44,432 nucleotides of DNA from Octopus bimaculoides (lineage: Eukaryota), in assembly GCF_001194135.2 (NCBI RefSeq), contig NC_068988.1, forward strand, positions 32,501,542 through 32,545,973, given 5' to 3'. This document shows, in pieces, positions 1 to 13,215 of this stretch. The notes under the pieces were generated by a model. It saw only the letters and a list, made by a program, of their open reading frames with translations, was not told where the DNA came from and made no database searches. Both the position numbers and the translations under genes were made by a program. Position 1 is the stretch's first letter, and the number at the start of each line of letters is the position of its first letter.

Positions 1-61
<61 letters not shown>

Positions 62-75
62 ACATACACACACGC
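1..75. repeat. (CA)n microsatellite
   Basis: Direct reading. Confidence 0.98.
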
Positions 76-699
76 ACATATATATACTAATGTAACAAGG
101 TATAGGAAGGAATTCTTTCAAAGGGGTGTGTAAAACATCCGAATCACCGGTACGTCAGTTGAATACCACATAAATATGGGTATAATGCAAATTAGAAAAA
201 CAATAAATCACATAGAGAGATTCAATTGACAATCCTAATTTACTATGAATATAATACGATATAAGATAACATAAACAGTCATTAAAAAACCAAGATAGCC
301 AACAATTTGTTTCGACTTGTATATATTATTAGATTTATAAACAACACATATCCAATTATATATGTCTCTTCAGAAAAAAAGTAATTAGGTAAGTGGTAAC
401 AACAAAACCAGTGTGTGATTAATTTTGATATTTTGTATCTTTTCATTTGTCTTACTCGCTTACATTCTGGCGTTCGCTGAATTTTCTTGAGAACAATCTC
501 TTCTTAGTAGTCAGACCATAGATGGTCCTCTTCTAGCATAATGGATGTCCATTTAGTGGTCATCGTTCTTATATGTATGTTATATATTTTTTATGAATCT
601 TCAGAGTTTTCAGTATGCTGGGCCACTGGTTTTAAATTGATAGTAATTAAATTAATACTCAATTTTCACCCTTATTATTTAAATGTATATATGTATATA

Positions 700-748
700 T
701 AGCATGAGTTGCTTCTCGAACAGTATGTTGGAGAAGCAACTCATGCTA
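700..748. repeat. Short perfect hairpin/palindrome, possibly a MITE remnant
   Basis: tagcatgagttgcttctc (700-717) is the exact reverse complement of gagaagcaactcatgcta (731-748). The right side continues aaccctgta-TA, resembling a TACAGGG-type TIR end (inference). Confidence 0.7.
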
Positions 749-3700
749 AACCCTGTATATTTATGATTATATATATATATATATATATACATACATACAT
801 ACACACATACATATCTATATATATATATATGTATATATCTGTCTATCTATTACTACTCAGTATTTTCTTTTTAGTATAATTAACCTTATAGATTGCTATA
901 AAACTGCAGTATTCGACATGAAAAATCATTTCATACAGACGACCTCTAGTAACATGATTAGAATATTAGTAGCAGAGGAAACAATGCCCTACAATGGCAT
1001 AGAATGTTTGTTTTACAAGATTTAATTGTGTTTGCGCAGTATTTGTGACGGGTGTTCCTTTTTGCCGCATGCTATCCATAATATATAGGAAAACAATGAT
1101 TAATCAACCATTGGCATCGTAAATATTTGCCGGATTGGGTAAAAATATGCTACTAGCGACGAAAGTTGCATTATTACTAAATTGGTGTCTTTATATATTA
1201 CGTAGCCTGGGTGTCATTTAAGAACACCGTAGAACTGCGATTTTCCTCTTGAAGCTGGCTTTGCCTGTAGAGTTATAGTATAATCTTTAACAGTACAGAA
1301 TATAAGATGTGAACAAAAAACGCTCCACATCGGTTGTGAAGCTGCTTGACTAAATGATTAGTGCGTGCTTACATTTCATCAGAAGTAGGTATTCACTATC
1401 GTTCTATGCTAGTCAAATTTATTCGTACTGATATATAGAATAGCAGTGATTAGTCAAATACTACGAAATCCCGAGATCTATTACTTGCAGTGTCCATACT
1501 CTCTGGGGTTTGAACACTATACGTATATATGAGATGCTTTCTGAGGATAAATACCGCAGTTTTGGTAGGGTTACTAATGTATATTAGAGTATGAAGTTTG
1601 CTGTACAGTACTAATTACTGCTTGGTCGTTAATAATGTGTTCTTGTTTCTCTGTTTGAATATATACGTTCCTACATCCATTAGACATGTATACCTACATT
1701 GATACATAGACACATACATACGCATAACATACATAAATACACACATACTTGCATACATACGTAAACATAACCTCTATTTTAAAAGTGATGTATAGAACGG
1801 TTTCAATGCATGAAAAGGAATAGACTGGAATCCTATTAGAAATTCTGTCATAGAACTTGTGAATCGTATACATCACATGGAATCATGAATTTAGATATAT
1901 CTTATACATGATGAAATGAGATGTATCAAACACTGGTACGGTCAACGATGTGATTAAATCTATATCTTCTCTTGTTTATATGTGCGCTGTTCAATTTGAT
2001 GTTTATATATTTTTTTTCATTTCTTTTCTGTCTTTGATATTGAAAATTAAAGTGTAGAATATAATCTTGGTTTAACAACTATATCAAAGTATGTAATATC
2101 GACGAAGAGAAATAAACAAACATCAAAGATGTAAGTTTGTAAAACATCAGCACAAATTCATTTACAAGTCGATTTTCTTTTTATATTTTTGTATATATAT
2201 ATTTTTCTCTAACCTTCTGTCTATTATTCGTGTGTATACATAGACGTAGCCATATGTGTGAGTATATACACACGCATATATATGTACAAGTATTCGATTA
2301 CATATAAAGAACTGACATACATACACACACGCGCGTGCATACACACAATACAAGAGTATATGTACATGTATACATATGTATGTATGTATGTATGCATGTG
2401 TATGGGTGTGTGGGTATAGCGATTAGAGATTTTTCGAACACTAGATGAGTGTGTGAGTAATATTCTATTGCCCCTATAAATATATATATAATTTTAGAAA
2501 TAGCTTTTTGTCAATATGCGTTTTATTGAGCAATTGAACATCATTTAGATGTTTTGTTTCTCAAGAAAAAATAGCTCTTTAAATAAAAGTGCTAACGTTA
2601 TACAAACCCCCAAATTAAGACAATAAAATTAGTTTCCAGGATGGGAAATATCAAATCATGTTATTGACAGAAAACCTTTCCAAATTTAATTCCGATTTTA
2701 TTTATTTTATTTGTTTTCGTCAGAGTATAAGTAAGGTTAAATTCTCCGTTGCAACCTCCATGTTTGATATTAGCATCTATTACGAGGAGATTTTCGCTGC
2801 TATTTTTAATACATTTAAGTTATAGCTTTCTATAAATACGTTTGTGTTTCAGGAACAAATGATACACTACGGGCAATTGCAGCAGAACTTAGTTTATTCT
2901 AAATACTATTTACGATAAATTGGAAACCTCTTATCCTAGATTATATCTAACATAACAGATACCTTCTAATAATTATTGATACATGTGGACCGTTTATTTA
3001 ATTGAATTTATCAAAGTTTAATTATATGTGAATTGATTCTGTGCAATTTAATGCGGTTTTCTCGGCCCCAAAATTGTAATTAACAGTCGAAACATTAATC
3101 TCTTAGATTCACAATAACAATCGGCAACTTTTATTACGTACATTGTCTAACAAATCTTGTTGGAGAGGACGTTAATAAGTTCGCAATTTTACAATGAATT
3201 TATGAAGCGTCAACAAAAAAATATTAAGAAACGAATATATCTTCCGATTGGGTATCTTGCATTATATAATTTCAGCCAATAAAACTCTTATCCTTAACGT
3301 TACTTTAGAGTAAATAACAAATAAAATTTCAAATATTGCTGTCGAAAATGCACTTTCATTCTGACATGCAGCGTCTATAAAAATGCATAAGTAGTTGCAG
3401 TAATACATACCATTTTTTTTTTCGAATAGTTGCTTTACATTTACAATTTCATTTCAATCCATTGCTGTATATTTCTTTAAAGGAGCTTGCCATCTAAGTT
3501 CAGAAACGTGGAACTTATAGAACAGAAATCTTCATACAATTAGCAAAGTAGTAACGTCAAAAGAATCGTATAAGGGCTGTAATCATTTGCATTTTGTGTA
3601 TATTGAAGCAATGTGGAATGTATAATTTATAAGTTATATTGACAAACATCTTGATATAGCTTTCAGGCTAAAAAGGTAGCAAATACATCAAAGAATTTCA

Positions 3701-4029
3701 TTGAGAGTGTATACATATTGAAACTGATGTATTCTCTATTTGAAGTGGCAATTATAAATTGATAGCACAGCATACATCCATTTAAGATGCTCGGTTAAAT
3801 TGTTAATTGTTGCTACTGATTTAATTTATATGGATATCAGAGATAATGGCATTCAGACTCATTAGCTTATCTTCACTCGCCTCCAGTAATTGATGGCAAG
3901 ATTTATAACATCTTATAATATTTTTCTATAGATAAAATTTAAAAATTATGTCTTATTAATATATTTATGTACATGTATACAAAAGAGCGTTCGTAGATGT
4001 GTGTATGCATGTGTGTAAGTTTAGTTGCA

Positions 4030-4056
4030 CAGAAACATGAATATATGCATACATGC

Positions 4057-4119
<63 letters not shown>

Positions 4120-4235
4120 CATATACACATACAGACAAGTATATATATACATATACATATATATACCTATATATATGAATATAAATATATATATATGTAT
4201 GTATATATATGTTATATGTATATGTTGCGTATATA
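4030..4235. repeat. (TA)n / TA-rich compound microsatellite
   Basis: Direct reading; explains the YI/IY ORFs at 3939-4267. Confidence 0.95.
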
Positions 4236-5795
4236 TAAATAATCTCACCGGCTGTTACAAGCACTGATAATTGTAGCTAATGCATTCAATTTGTAATTGA
4301 ATGCATTAACTACGAGGCATTTCTGTTAAATTGCATGCGTTTGTAAACAATACCCCACGAAGATAAATTATAGTTGTATTAACAGTGTGATTAGAATCAT
4401 AGACAGAGAGCAAAGGTCAGGTCCAGTGTCAGAGATTTAGTGAATTGCTGTTAAGGAATATATATATTTTTCATGCTTCGCAATAGTTTAGCACGGTCGA
4501 CTGCCATTTCGAATTGACATAGGAACATAAGAACGTCTATTTATCATATTAAATTTACTTATTTAAAATTCTTATAGTAATTAAAGCTACGTCCAGTTTC
4601 CTTATATTGAAATTATTACTAAAGTAAGTACTGCAAATATAATTAACATGTAATTGTTGAAAATTATTATTGAAAATCATATTTAAGTAGTCAAGTGTTC
4701 AAATCCTGAAAAAATAACTGTTCCTCTTTATACGACTGGGTCAGTAAAATTTTGTAGCATTGGAGCAATGTACAGATATACTTCAATAGAATGACTATGT
4801 TTGCAACTTAAAATATTATAACAACGTGTGATGATTATTCGTTATTTATCTTTGTAATTCAACATCACTTTACTAAATGTTAAAAAATGGAGTGATATAA
4901 TGAGGACTCGAGAAAGTCGACCCCCTCTCAAATCTGTTTTTTCTTTAACCAGCAATCACAAACGTAAGGCCGTTCTCCAAACCATATGATAGCACTTTGC
5001 GCATCATCTAAACCTCAAGCTATACCACCTGCCAAACTCTAGCTGCTCCTTGTAATGCCTTGCAAAACATATTACAACTAACTTTGCTGAATTATGTTGC
5101 TCTGCACGTTTAGAAGGGCAATTGTTCTACGAGTAACAACTCTGAAGGGAATTAATCCAAATTAGCTTCCCACGTTGCAGTGTAATCCACATTGTATACA
5201 GTTGGAAGTGTTCGCTGATTCAACTCTGATACGTCAGGTGCACCACATTATATGAATGCACATCAAGTGCGAAAGTACTTTCGACCATGTAAAGTATAAA
5301 AAAACCCAGTTTTGATGGTATCTATTTCATTACGTACAGTGTTTTCCCCTGTGAGCTAGCCCCTGCAGATATCAATGTCGTTAACTTTTTCATCTCCACA
5401 GGGAGCCCTCCTGAATTTTGGGAATACGTTTTATTGCGAATCATTTCAAAGGAAATCAAACTTTATGACCCTGCCAAACATCATCTTATTGTAATTCTAT
5501 ACACTTCTAATATCACTCAACCATTCTTTCTCCACGTCTAGTGTCTACAACTGTCAGCAGCTTTGTTTTATACAAACCCACCAAACAATGATAACTAATA
5601 AATGCGCATTTTTTATTGTTTGGACTATCAGCTGTCTGGAGGTCCCACTCTTCTCATATCTTCCTCGCACGTGTGCACACACGTAGTTTGAAGAAATGTT
5701 GATAACATCAAGCTTACAATGGTCAGTATGATATATATTACATGGAAAAATGCGAGCAAGAGAAATAGTATTCTAAAATATTATAAACCTGGAAA

Positions 5796-5967
5796 GACGG
5801 CGAACTGGCAGAAACGGTTGAAATGTTCAGCGGTATTTCGTCTGTCTTTTCGTTCTGAGTTCAAATTCATCCTTTCAGGGTCGAGAAATTTAGTTCCAGT
5901 TGTGTACTGAGGTCGATCTAATCGACTAGCCTCAAAATTTCGGGTCTTGTGCCTCGAGTAGAAAAGA
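5796..5967 (+). mobile_element. tRNA-derived SINE, family C (GGCGGCGAGCTGGCAGAA-type head), internally deleted
   Basis: Head gacggcgaactggcagaa, B-box-like gagttcaaattc and core catcctttcagggtcga...gaggtcgatctaatcgact are shared with copies at 36176, 37902 and 40654-41532. Flanked by the near-identical 18-mer atattata(aa/gc)cctggaaa (5778-5795, 5968-5985), a candidate TSD. Confidence 0.85.
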
Positions 5968-5978
5968 ATATTATAGCC

Positions 5979-6056
5979 CTGGAAAATTACAGGACAAGCT
6001 ATTACACTTGGAAAAGTTCAGGACAACTTATTACATCTGGTAAATTACAGAACAAG
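5979..6056. repeat. 29-bp minisatellite, about 2.7 copies
   Basis: ctggaaaattacaggacaagctattacac / ttggaaaagttcaggacaacttattacat / ctggtaaattacagaacaag. Confidence 0.85.
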
Positions 6057-6144
6057 AAAATATTTACATAAAATATTGCAGAGAGGGATGAAATTTCAAA
6101 TAAAATATTTAGATTAGGAAAATATTAGCTTTAGTTAGTTAAGA

Positions 6145-6305
6145 TTTCATCATAGCTAAAAATAGATTGACAGCTCCCTTAGTGGTAACCTTAAATTGAA
6201 AGCCCTTTTTGTAAATCAGCAGCTGAATTTCACCATAGCTAAAAATAGATCGTCTACCTCGCTGCTAACTATAAATACAACACGGAACGGTAAATGGACA
6301 GTCTG
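6145..6305 (+). promoter_or_regulatory. Candidate Pol II promoter with two MEF2-consensus sites, a CAGCTG E-box, a TATA box and an Inr-like site
   Basis: GCTAAAAATAGA occurs twice (core 6156-6165 and 6239-6248) inside a 25-bp duplicated module. CAGCTG lies between them (about 6220-6225). TATAAA is at 6270-6275 and CAGT has its A at 6300, 30 nt downstream. Confidence 0.55.
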
Positions 6306-6334
6306 AATCTAGTTTCTGACTCGAACGTACGAAA

Positions 6335-6460
6335 AGCGGTTTTAACTGCTAACAACACAGCCAAGATATTCGCATGTACTAACAGCGGTTTTAACTGCTA
6401 TCAACTCAGCCAAGATATGCAACAACCCACAACAGCAGTTTTCACTGCTATAAACCAAGC
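6335..6460 (+). repeat. Three 49-50-bp tandem units, each starting with a 16-nt stem-loop
   Basis: agcggt-ttta-actgct (6335, 6384) and agcagt-tttc-actgct (6434); units 1 and 2 continue ...cagccaagatat. Confidence 0.85.
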
Positions 6461-6654
6461 TGAACCAAATACATGCTTTCTCCGCATATAACTCGTAGCT
6501 AGTTATACACGTTTGTAATGTAGTGATATGTTTCGATGTCCGAACAACGCAGTATCATTTATGCTAAATAAATGAAATTATACTCTGATTTCCGAGTCTC
6601 TGCTGTTTATTGAAACCCAACGCACCAACTCACTACAAGATACATATCCTCTAC

Positions 6655-6768
6655 AGCGCTTTATCAGCGCGAAATCAATGATATTTTCCGTATAATTGAG
6701 TCTCATGCGTCGTCTGCACTGCTGAGCGCTATACCCGTGCGAAGCCAATGGTCATTTTTGTATAATTG
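6655..6768. repeat. Diverged 44-bp direct duplication, 70-bp period
   Basis: 6655-6698 vs 6725-6768 align without gaps, 33/44 identical by hand count. Confidence 0.7.
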
Positions 6769-7784
6769 TTTACAAAACTAACGACCGTGACGTAATTTTC
6801 CACCAGTAGTAGAGAGGGTACGCGCCTATGAACATTTGAGTCGTCTATACTGCTAGGCACTGTATACGTACGAAACTAAGGGCCTCTTTCCTATCCTCAA
6901 AATATTCTTTTATTGACATATAAAATACTGATAATATGTATATANNNNNNNNNNNNNNNNNNNNNNNNNNNNNNNNNNNNNNNNNNNNNNNNNNNNNNNN
7001 NNNNNNNNNNNNNNNNNNNNNNNNNNNNNNNNNNNNNNNNNNNNNNNNNNNNNNNNNNNNNNNNNNNNNNNNNNNNNNNNNNNNNNNNNNNNNNNNNNNN
7101 NNNNNNNNNNNNNNNNNNNNNNNNNNNNNNNNNNNNNNNNNNNNNNNNNNNNNNNNNNNNNNNNNNNNNNNNNNNNNNNNNNNNNNNNNNNNNNNNNNNN
7201 NNNNNNNNNNNNNNNNNNNNNNNNNNNNNNNNNNNNNNNNNNNNNNNNNNNNNNNNNNNNNNNNNNNNNNNNNNNNNNNNNNNNNNNNNNNNNNNNNNNN
7301 NNNNNNNNNNNNNNNNNNNNNNNNNNNNNNNNNNNNNNNNNNNNNNNNNNNNNNNNNNNNNNNNNNNNNNNNNNNNNNNNNNNNNNNNNNNNNNNNNNNN
7401 NNNNNNNNNNNNNNNNNNNNNNNNNNNNNNNNNNNNNNNNNNNNNNNNNNNNNNNNNNNNNNNNNNNNNNNNNNNNNNNNNNNNNNNNNNNNNNNNNNNN
7501 NNNNNNNNNNNNNNNNNNNNNNNNNNNNNNNNNNNNNNNNNNNNNNNNNNNNNNNNNNNNNNNNNNNNNNNNNNNNNNNNNNNNNNNNNNNNNNNNNNNA
7601 ATAGATCACATCTTGTGATCTATTTCTAGCACATTGATTGTCCACGTTAGCGGTCAACGCTATATATAAAAATGTACTTTAATCCCCTGAGAATGCAGAT
7701 ATTATTTCTGAATCTTTTTGATTCTTTAAATGTGCTAGCTTCCTGGTAATTAATCGATATTAATTAATATATGATTACTTACCA

Positions 7785-8321
7785 TATGAGTATATGCATA
7801 TATATGTACATGTATGTACATCCCTTCATCTACATGTACATATAGATGCATATTTGGGTACATGACGCTGCAAAAAAGCATGGACAAAATGATGAACAAA
7901 GTACGAAACCTCACAGGCCACATAGAGAACATATCCTTCATCAGCTGCCACCATTATAACACTGGCGTTTCGAAGAGTTAGGGCAGGACGTATCGTTAAA
8001 ATGGCTCTTCCCACGGACACAAATTAAATTTGTTCCATGTAGGATAGTGGCGGACGGAAAACAAGACAGGAAAACGAAACGGTGAAATAAACAAACAAAA
8101 AAGGCTATACGGCCAGACGTGAAAAAGTATGTGTATATTGAACGCTGCAAAGCACGAACTAGAAGGAAACGGGACGAAGAAGGATGTTCGTGTGTGCTTG
8201 GTGAGGCCAAGAATGAAAAGAATTAGTAGCTGGACACATGTGACCAGCGAGGGGTAGGGAGAAAGTGTGGTAGAGGTAGAAAAGGGGGGGAAGTATAATA
8301 TAAATGAGCAACGAGAGATAG

Positions 8322-8361
<40 letters not shown>

Positions 8362-8630
8362 TAGTGACAGTAGATGGAAGAATGAGAGGGGGGATAGATA
8401 CAACGATAGAAAGAGTCGCGTCAGAAAAATGAAGTTCAAAACTTACTTGCAAAGGTAACGCGTGCGTTCGATCGTGTGATACAAATAATATATGAGTATA
8501 TGCATATATATGTACATGTATGTACATACCTTCATCTACATGTATATATAGATGTATATCTCGGTACATGATGTTGCCAAAAAACATGGACAAAATGATG
8601 AACAAGATACAAAAAACACGCAGGCCACAT
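7785..8630 (-). mobile_element. Non-autonomous repeat with about 140-bp terminal direct repeats, possibly Penelope pseudo-LTR derived
   Basis: 7785-7925 is repeated at 8490-8630. Segment 7785-8125 is homologous, in opposite orientation, to 12072-12435. The Penelope assignment is inference from the CTGATGA/CGAAAC motifs and the partial-tandem layout. Confidence 0.6.
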
Positions 8631-9359
8631 ATATATATATGCATGTGCGTACATATGTGTGTGCGTGTGCGTGAGTGTGTGTGTGTGTTGGTATATGCGT
8701 ATATATATATATATATATATATNNNNNNNNNNNNNNNNNNNNNNNNNNNNNNNNNNNNNNNNNNNNNNNNNNNNNNNNNNNNNNNNNNNNNNNNNNNNNN
8801 NNNNNNNNNNNNNNNNNNNNNNNNNNNNNNNNNNNNNNNNNNNNNNNNNNNNNNNNNNNNNNNNNNNNNNNNNNNNNNNNNNNNNNNNNNNNNNNNNNNN
8901 NNNNNNNNNNNNNNNNNNNNNNNNNNNNNNNNNNNNNNNNNNNNNNNNNNNNNNNNNNNNNNNNNNNNNNNNNNNNNNNNNNNNNNNNNNNNNNNNNNNN
9001 NNNNNNNNNNNNNNNNNNNNNNNNNNNNNNNNNNNNNNNNNNNNNNNNNNNNNNNNNNNNNNNNNNNNNNNNNNNNNNNNNNNNNNNNNNNNNNNNNNNN
9101 NNNNNNNNNNTATATATATATATATATATATATGTACGTATTTATGTATGTATGTATGTATGTTTACATGGGTGGGGTTGTACATACAGAACACAAAATG
9201 CTTAAACGCACATACACCCCTAAATGTATATGTCGAAGCATTTGTTTCTAAATTTACCTGTGTTCCAGCGTGTGTCTGGTTGTATTGAAGAGGTGATTTC
9301 TTTATACTTGGTTGTGTTAAATATGCTAGGCAATATTTTGTGTGAGGGAGATCGTTGCA

Positions 9360-9475
9360 CTCATGTTCACGAGAGCCGGGTCTCAATTCCTGAACCTCTA
9401 GTCCGGATGGTATATTGTGTTTTGAGTAAAATGCCACAGCTCACGTTGCTCTGCGATTATTTCGACATATGACAT
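9360..9475 (+). mobile_element. Highly degenerate SINE head/core fragment
   Basis: gggtctcaattcctg (B-box-like) followed by ttgtgttttgagtaaaatgc...cacgttgctct, similar to the head of family B SINEs. Confidence 0.4.
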
Positions 9476-11062
9476 GCTCCACGCCGTACAGCTATTCAGG
9501 GAACGTCGATTTCATAAAAGAGGCAGTGACGTCATGTAAAGCACATACATCTGATCAGTATAAGCTAATAAATTTCTGTGGGTTTTCAGCAAGAAATTGC
9601 AGAAATATGTTTCTCGAATTATGAGTGACTACTATCATTATTTATAATAGCTTGTGGATAGGTATGAAATTTGTTTATTGCTTCATAAATCTTTATTGTT
9701 TCATAAAATTTGAAACATATCTAACTACCATTCGTTTGTTTTTTTATAGTATGCTACAAAATATTGCTATGTTTTGCTAGGTGTTTTACTATAAATTCGA
9801 ACTTTATGAGAACATTAGTACAAGTAAGTTATTGGAAACAATTGAGAGCGCACAAATATTATTATTACGTTCACGTTTCGTTTTTTTAACGAATATCGCA
9901 AACGATTGTAGCGTGTCAAAATACTTCTTCATACTACAATAGTAGTCACCGACTTCCATTGCTTTCTTTGAACATTGTTGTTAAACATGTCAAATGTTGG
10001 CAAAGGATGATTTTGACACAACTTACTCGATTACATGAAGAGGACAGAAAACTGAACCTGATTCTTTTTATTTGGAAATACGTAAAATGATCGTATCTCC
10101 TAGTAATTCCCTTTTTTGAAAATGACTGTCAAAGATCAATTTCCTTACACCCCCACAAAGAGAAAAGAAAACAATATTCCTTATATGTGTGTGTGTATGT
10201 GTGTTTGTATGCCCCCCTCTTCCTCACTCATTTCGTACTTCTTTAAGCTTCTAACTGCATATTACGTTTTCATCTGTGACACTATTTACCAGCTAATGTA
10301 TCACGCTTACAAAAACCTATCTGCCCGTCGTGTCTAGATACACTTGACAACAGCTTTTCCATTTTGGAATTAAGAATCCACGAATGCTATAGATTGAATC
10401 TTCAAACACTTCTTTATTTGATTTATTGAATACATGATCCTATTTTGTCTTGGATATGGTTTTGAAATGCATCGAGTAGTGGGGCTCTAATGGGGTATTT
10501 CCAGGTTTTGTGGAATGTAGAACGAAATCTTTATCGCTATTTATTGTTAAATGTTCTATGCTAATCTGGGGTATTATCACATGTCAGGTTCTTAGCTATG
10601 AGTTATATAACATGCAACCCCTTGAGCAAGTGTATATTGAAACCATGCGATTGCAGCATGGGGAATATGAACTTTCTGCGTAAATGATTTTTAATGTAAC
10701 AATGGTGAATACCATTAGATGCTGAGCGGATGAACAAACTGTCAATCGCTACTGTTACTACCTTCAGTCCTAGCGTGTGCATATGCAATATTTCTGCTCG
10801 CTAAATTCCAATGTGATTAAAACCTAAGTTCAACAATCATGCCATGTCATTCGATGGCGGCATCTAGCGTGGAAGTGTTGCATAAATCCGGGCAAGTTAT
10901 CTATCCATTCAAGATAGATAAGTTGCGTTACCCTCAATTTCTAAATATATCTTTAAGAACAAGCATACACAATATAGTATCTATCTATCTATCTATCTAT
11001 ATATCCCTCTGTGTAACAGTGCGCATGTTGTATGTGTGTGTCGGTATATATATAAATAAATA

Positions 11063-11063
11063 A

Positions 11064-11135
<72 letters not shown>
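11063..11135. repeat. (TA)n microsatellite
   Basis: Direct reading. Confidence 0.97.
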
Positions 11136-11143
<8 letters not shown>

Positions 11144-12071
11144 ACCAATTCATTATTCACCGCATTTATCCGTTTTGCTTGCATTTGCTATACACTGTAT
11201 ATTAGTGCTTAAAGAAATGGTATTGCTATGTACCACTGTATATGAAATTATTGTTATTCTCTATTTGTATACAAACATCAATAAATTTCAGGTATTTCGC
11301 GCAAAATTGATCAAAGAGTATACTATATAACGCTGAATTGTCCACTTTTGTAATTATAGATTAAAGCTCCATTTCAAAAACTCTGATGTACAAGTCGTGT
11401 GATGTAATTTGACCAAGAGTTTTCATATTTGCCAAAAAATCATAGATGAGATATTGTTAGTATTTAATACTGGACAGCTAATTTCAGACTATATTTCAAT
11501 GTACCTGTGCATATTATATTTGCATAGTTATTATTTATTCATTTCCTCATAACGCTAACAATATCTGTAATTATAATGTTCGCATTGTTACAATGAAAAG
11601 CCAAAGCAACATATGTTATAGATTTTGTGAAATTATATTACTAAAAATACGGAAAAGCATGGAAAGCTATTATAATATTACTGTATCACATAGTTCCGTA
11701 TGTGGCCGTGACAAACTCTATCTTTTCTTCCATACTTCTAGCCAGGCAAATCTCTCTTCTCTTCTGTGTGAAGCTGTTGAGACTTACGTTTCGATAACAG
11801 CTGCTCGTCAAGGTCAATGTCTGCGCAGATTTCGTTTTATGTTAGATAGTAATACATAGAAATAAACATTTCTATGAATTTCTATTTTTGTTCATGTGTG
11901 CCTATGCACATACACACATAAATACATAAATACATACATACATACAAAGATATATGTATACATGTTTATAGGTGTATGTTAGTATATACGTATAATTTTA
12001 TATATATATATAAATATTATGTATGTATATATATGTATGTATGTATGTATGTATATATATATATATATATA

Positions 12072-12434
12072 TTTTCCCGTCTGGCCGTATAGCCTTTTCC
12101 GTTTGATTTCCTATCTTATTTTTTGTCCGCCACTACATTCCTCCATGGCACAGGTTTAATTTGTTTATACAAATTTAATTTGCGGTCCATGGGAAGAGCC
12201 GTTTTAACGATGCGTCCTACCCAGCTCTTCGAAACGCCGGTGTTAAAACGGGGGTAGCTGATGAAGGAAAATGTTCTCTATGTGGCTTGTGTGTTTTCTG
12301 TACTCTGATTATCATTATTTTCTTGTCTACGCTTTGCTTGCAATGTCCTGTACCCAGGTATGCACCTATACATACAGGTGGATGTAGGTATGCACATACC
12401 TGTACGTATATATGCATATACTCATTTACTATTT

Positions 12435-12435
<1 letters not shown>
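12072..12435 (+). mobile_element. Second copy of the 7785-8630 repeat family
   Basis: Shared blocks gtctggccgtatagcctttt, gggaagagcc-ttttaacgat, ctcttcgaaacgcc, gctgatgaagga and tatatatgcatatactcat. The tail also appears at 22525-22660. Confidence 0.75.
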
Positions 12436-12485
<50 letters not shown>

Positions 12486-13215
12486 TGAAGTATATGTACA
12501 TATCTATAGGAAGAGAGTGATGAGTGATGAAAGTGATAGTTTAATAGAATTGTAGAGAGATACATGTACACTCAAATACACGCATATCTGAATTCATTTC
12601 TATGTATGTATATATAAAGAGAAAACATTTAGGTAATGCATATCACTTTTATAAGGTATTCCATTATATAAGTTAACATTTGAGAAAGGTATTTTATCTG
12701 AATTTGATGCATATTTTATTGTGTGTGAAAAGTCAGAAATTATTATATTATTTTTATTCTTTGCTACGTTATCTTTTGGCATCAAACCAGGGCTATTAGG
12801 AGGATATGGTTCATTAAATATTATCGCTATTAAACATACGATTTCCAGACATTCACTAGTCTCTGGTTAAAACACCGAGATAAGCTTTGTGATAAATCTC
12901 ATAAAATGGAATTGTTTTGCTATCACTGCAGAGATTACATCAGGGTTATGTTTTATTGTTTTAAAATCTGTCAGTTTTATGTTAAGCGTAGTAATTAATA
13001 ACTTCTAATTGTATAGACTACTACTTTCCATTTCATTTCCGCAAATTCTATCATTTACCATTTATTCAGAATTCCTTACCCCATTAGTTTATCACGTGCA
13101 ACATTTGCTTGAATTTCTTTGTGTGAGGATTTACAAAAGTATTTATATGCGCTGTAATAATGTGAATTTATTGTCTTTCTATTACTGTTGCAGTGTATGT
13201 AAATATATATATTGA

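Noticed and set aside
4900-5170. Possible ancient LINE RT remnant on the minus strand (GLIP...RTIALLNV)
   Set aside because: One short motif with deletions; the downstream RT motifs are not convincingly recoverable.
11788-11830. Minus-strand donor AAC|GTAAGT with a short open frame (DIDLDEQLLSK)
   Set aside because: No good acceptor or partner exons; such 6-mers are expected by chance.
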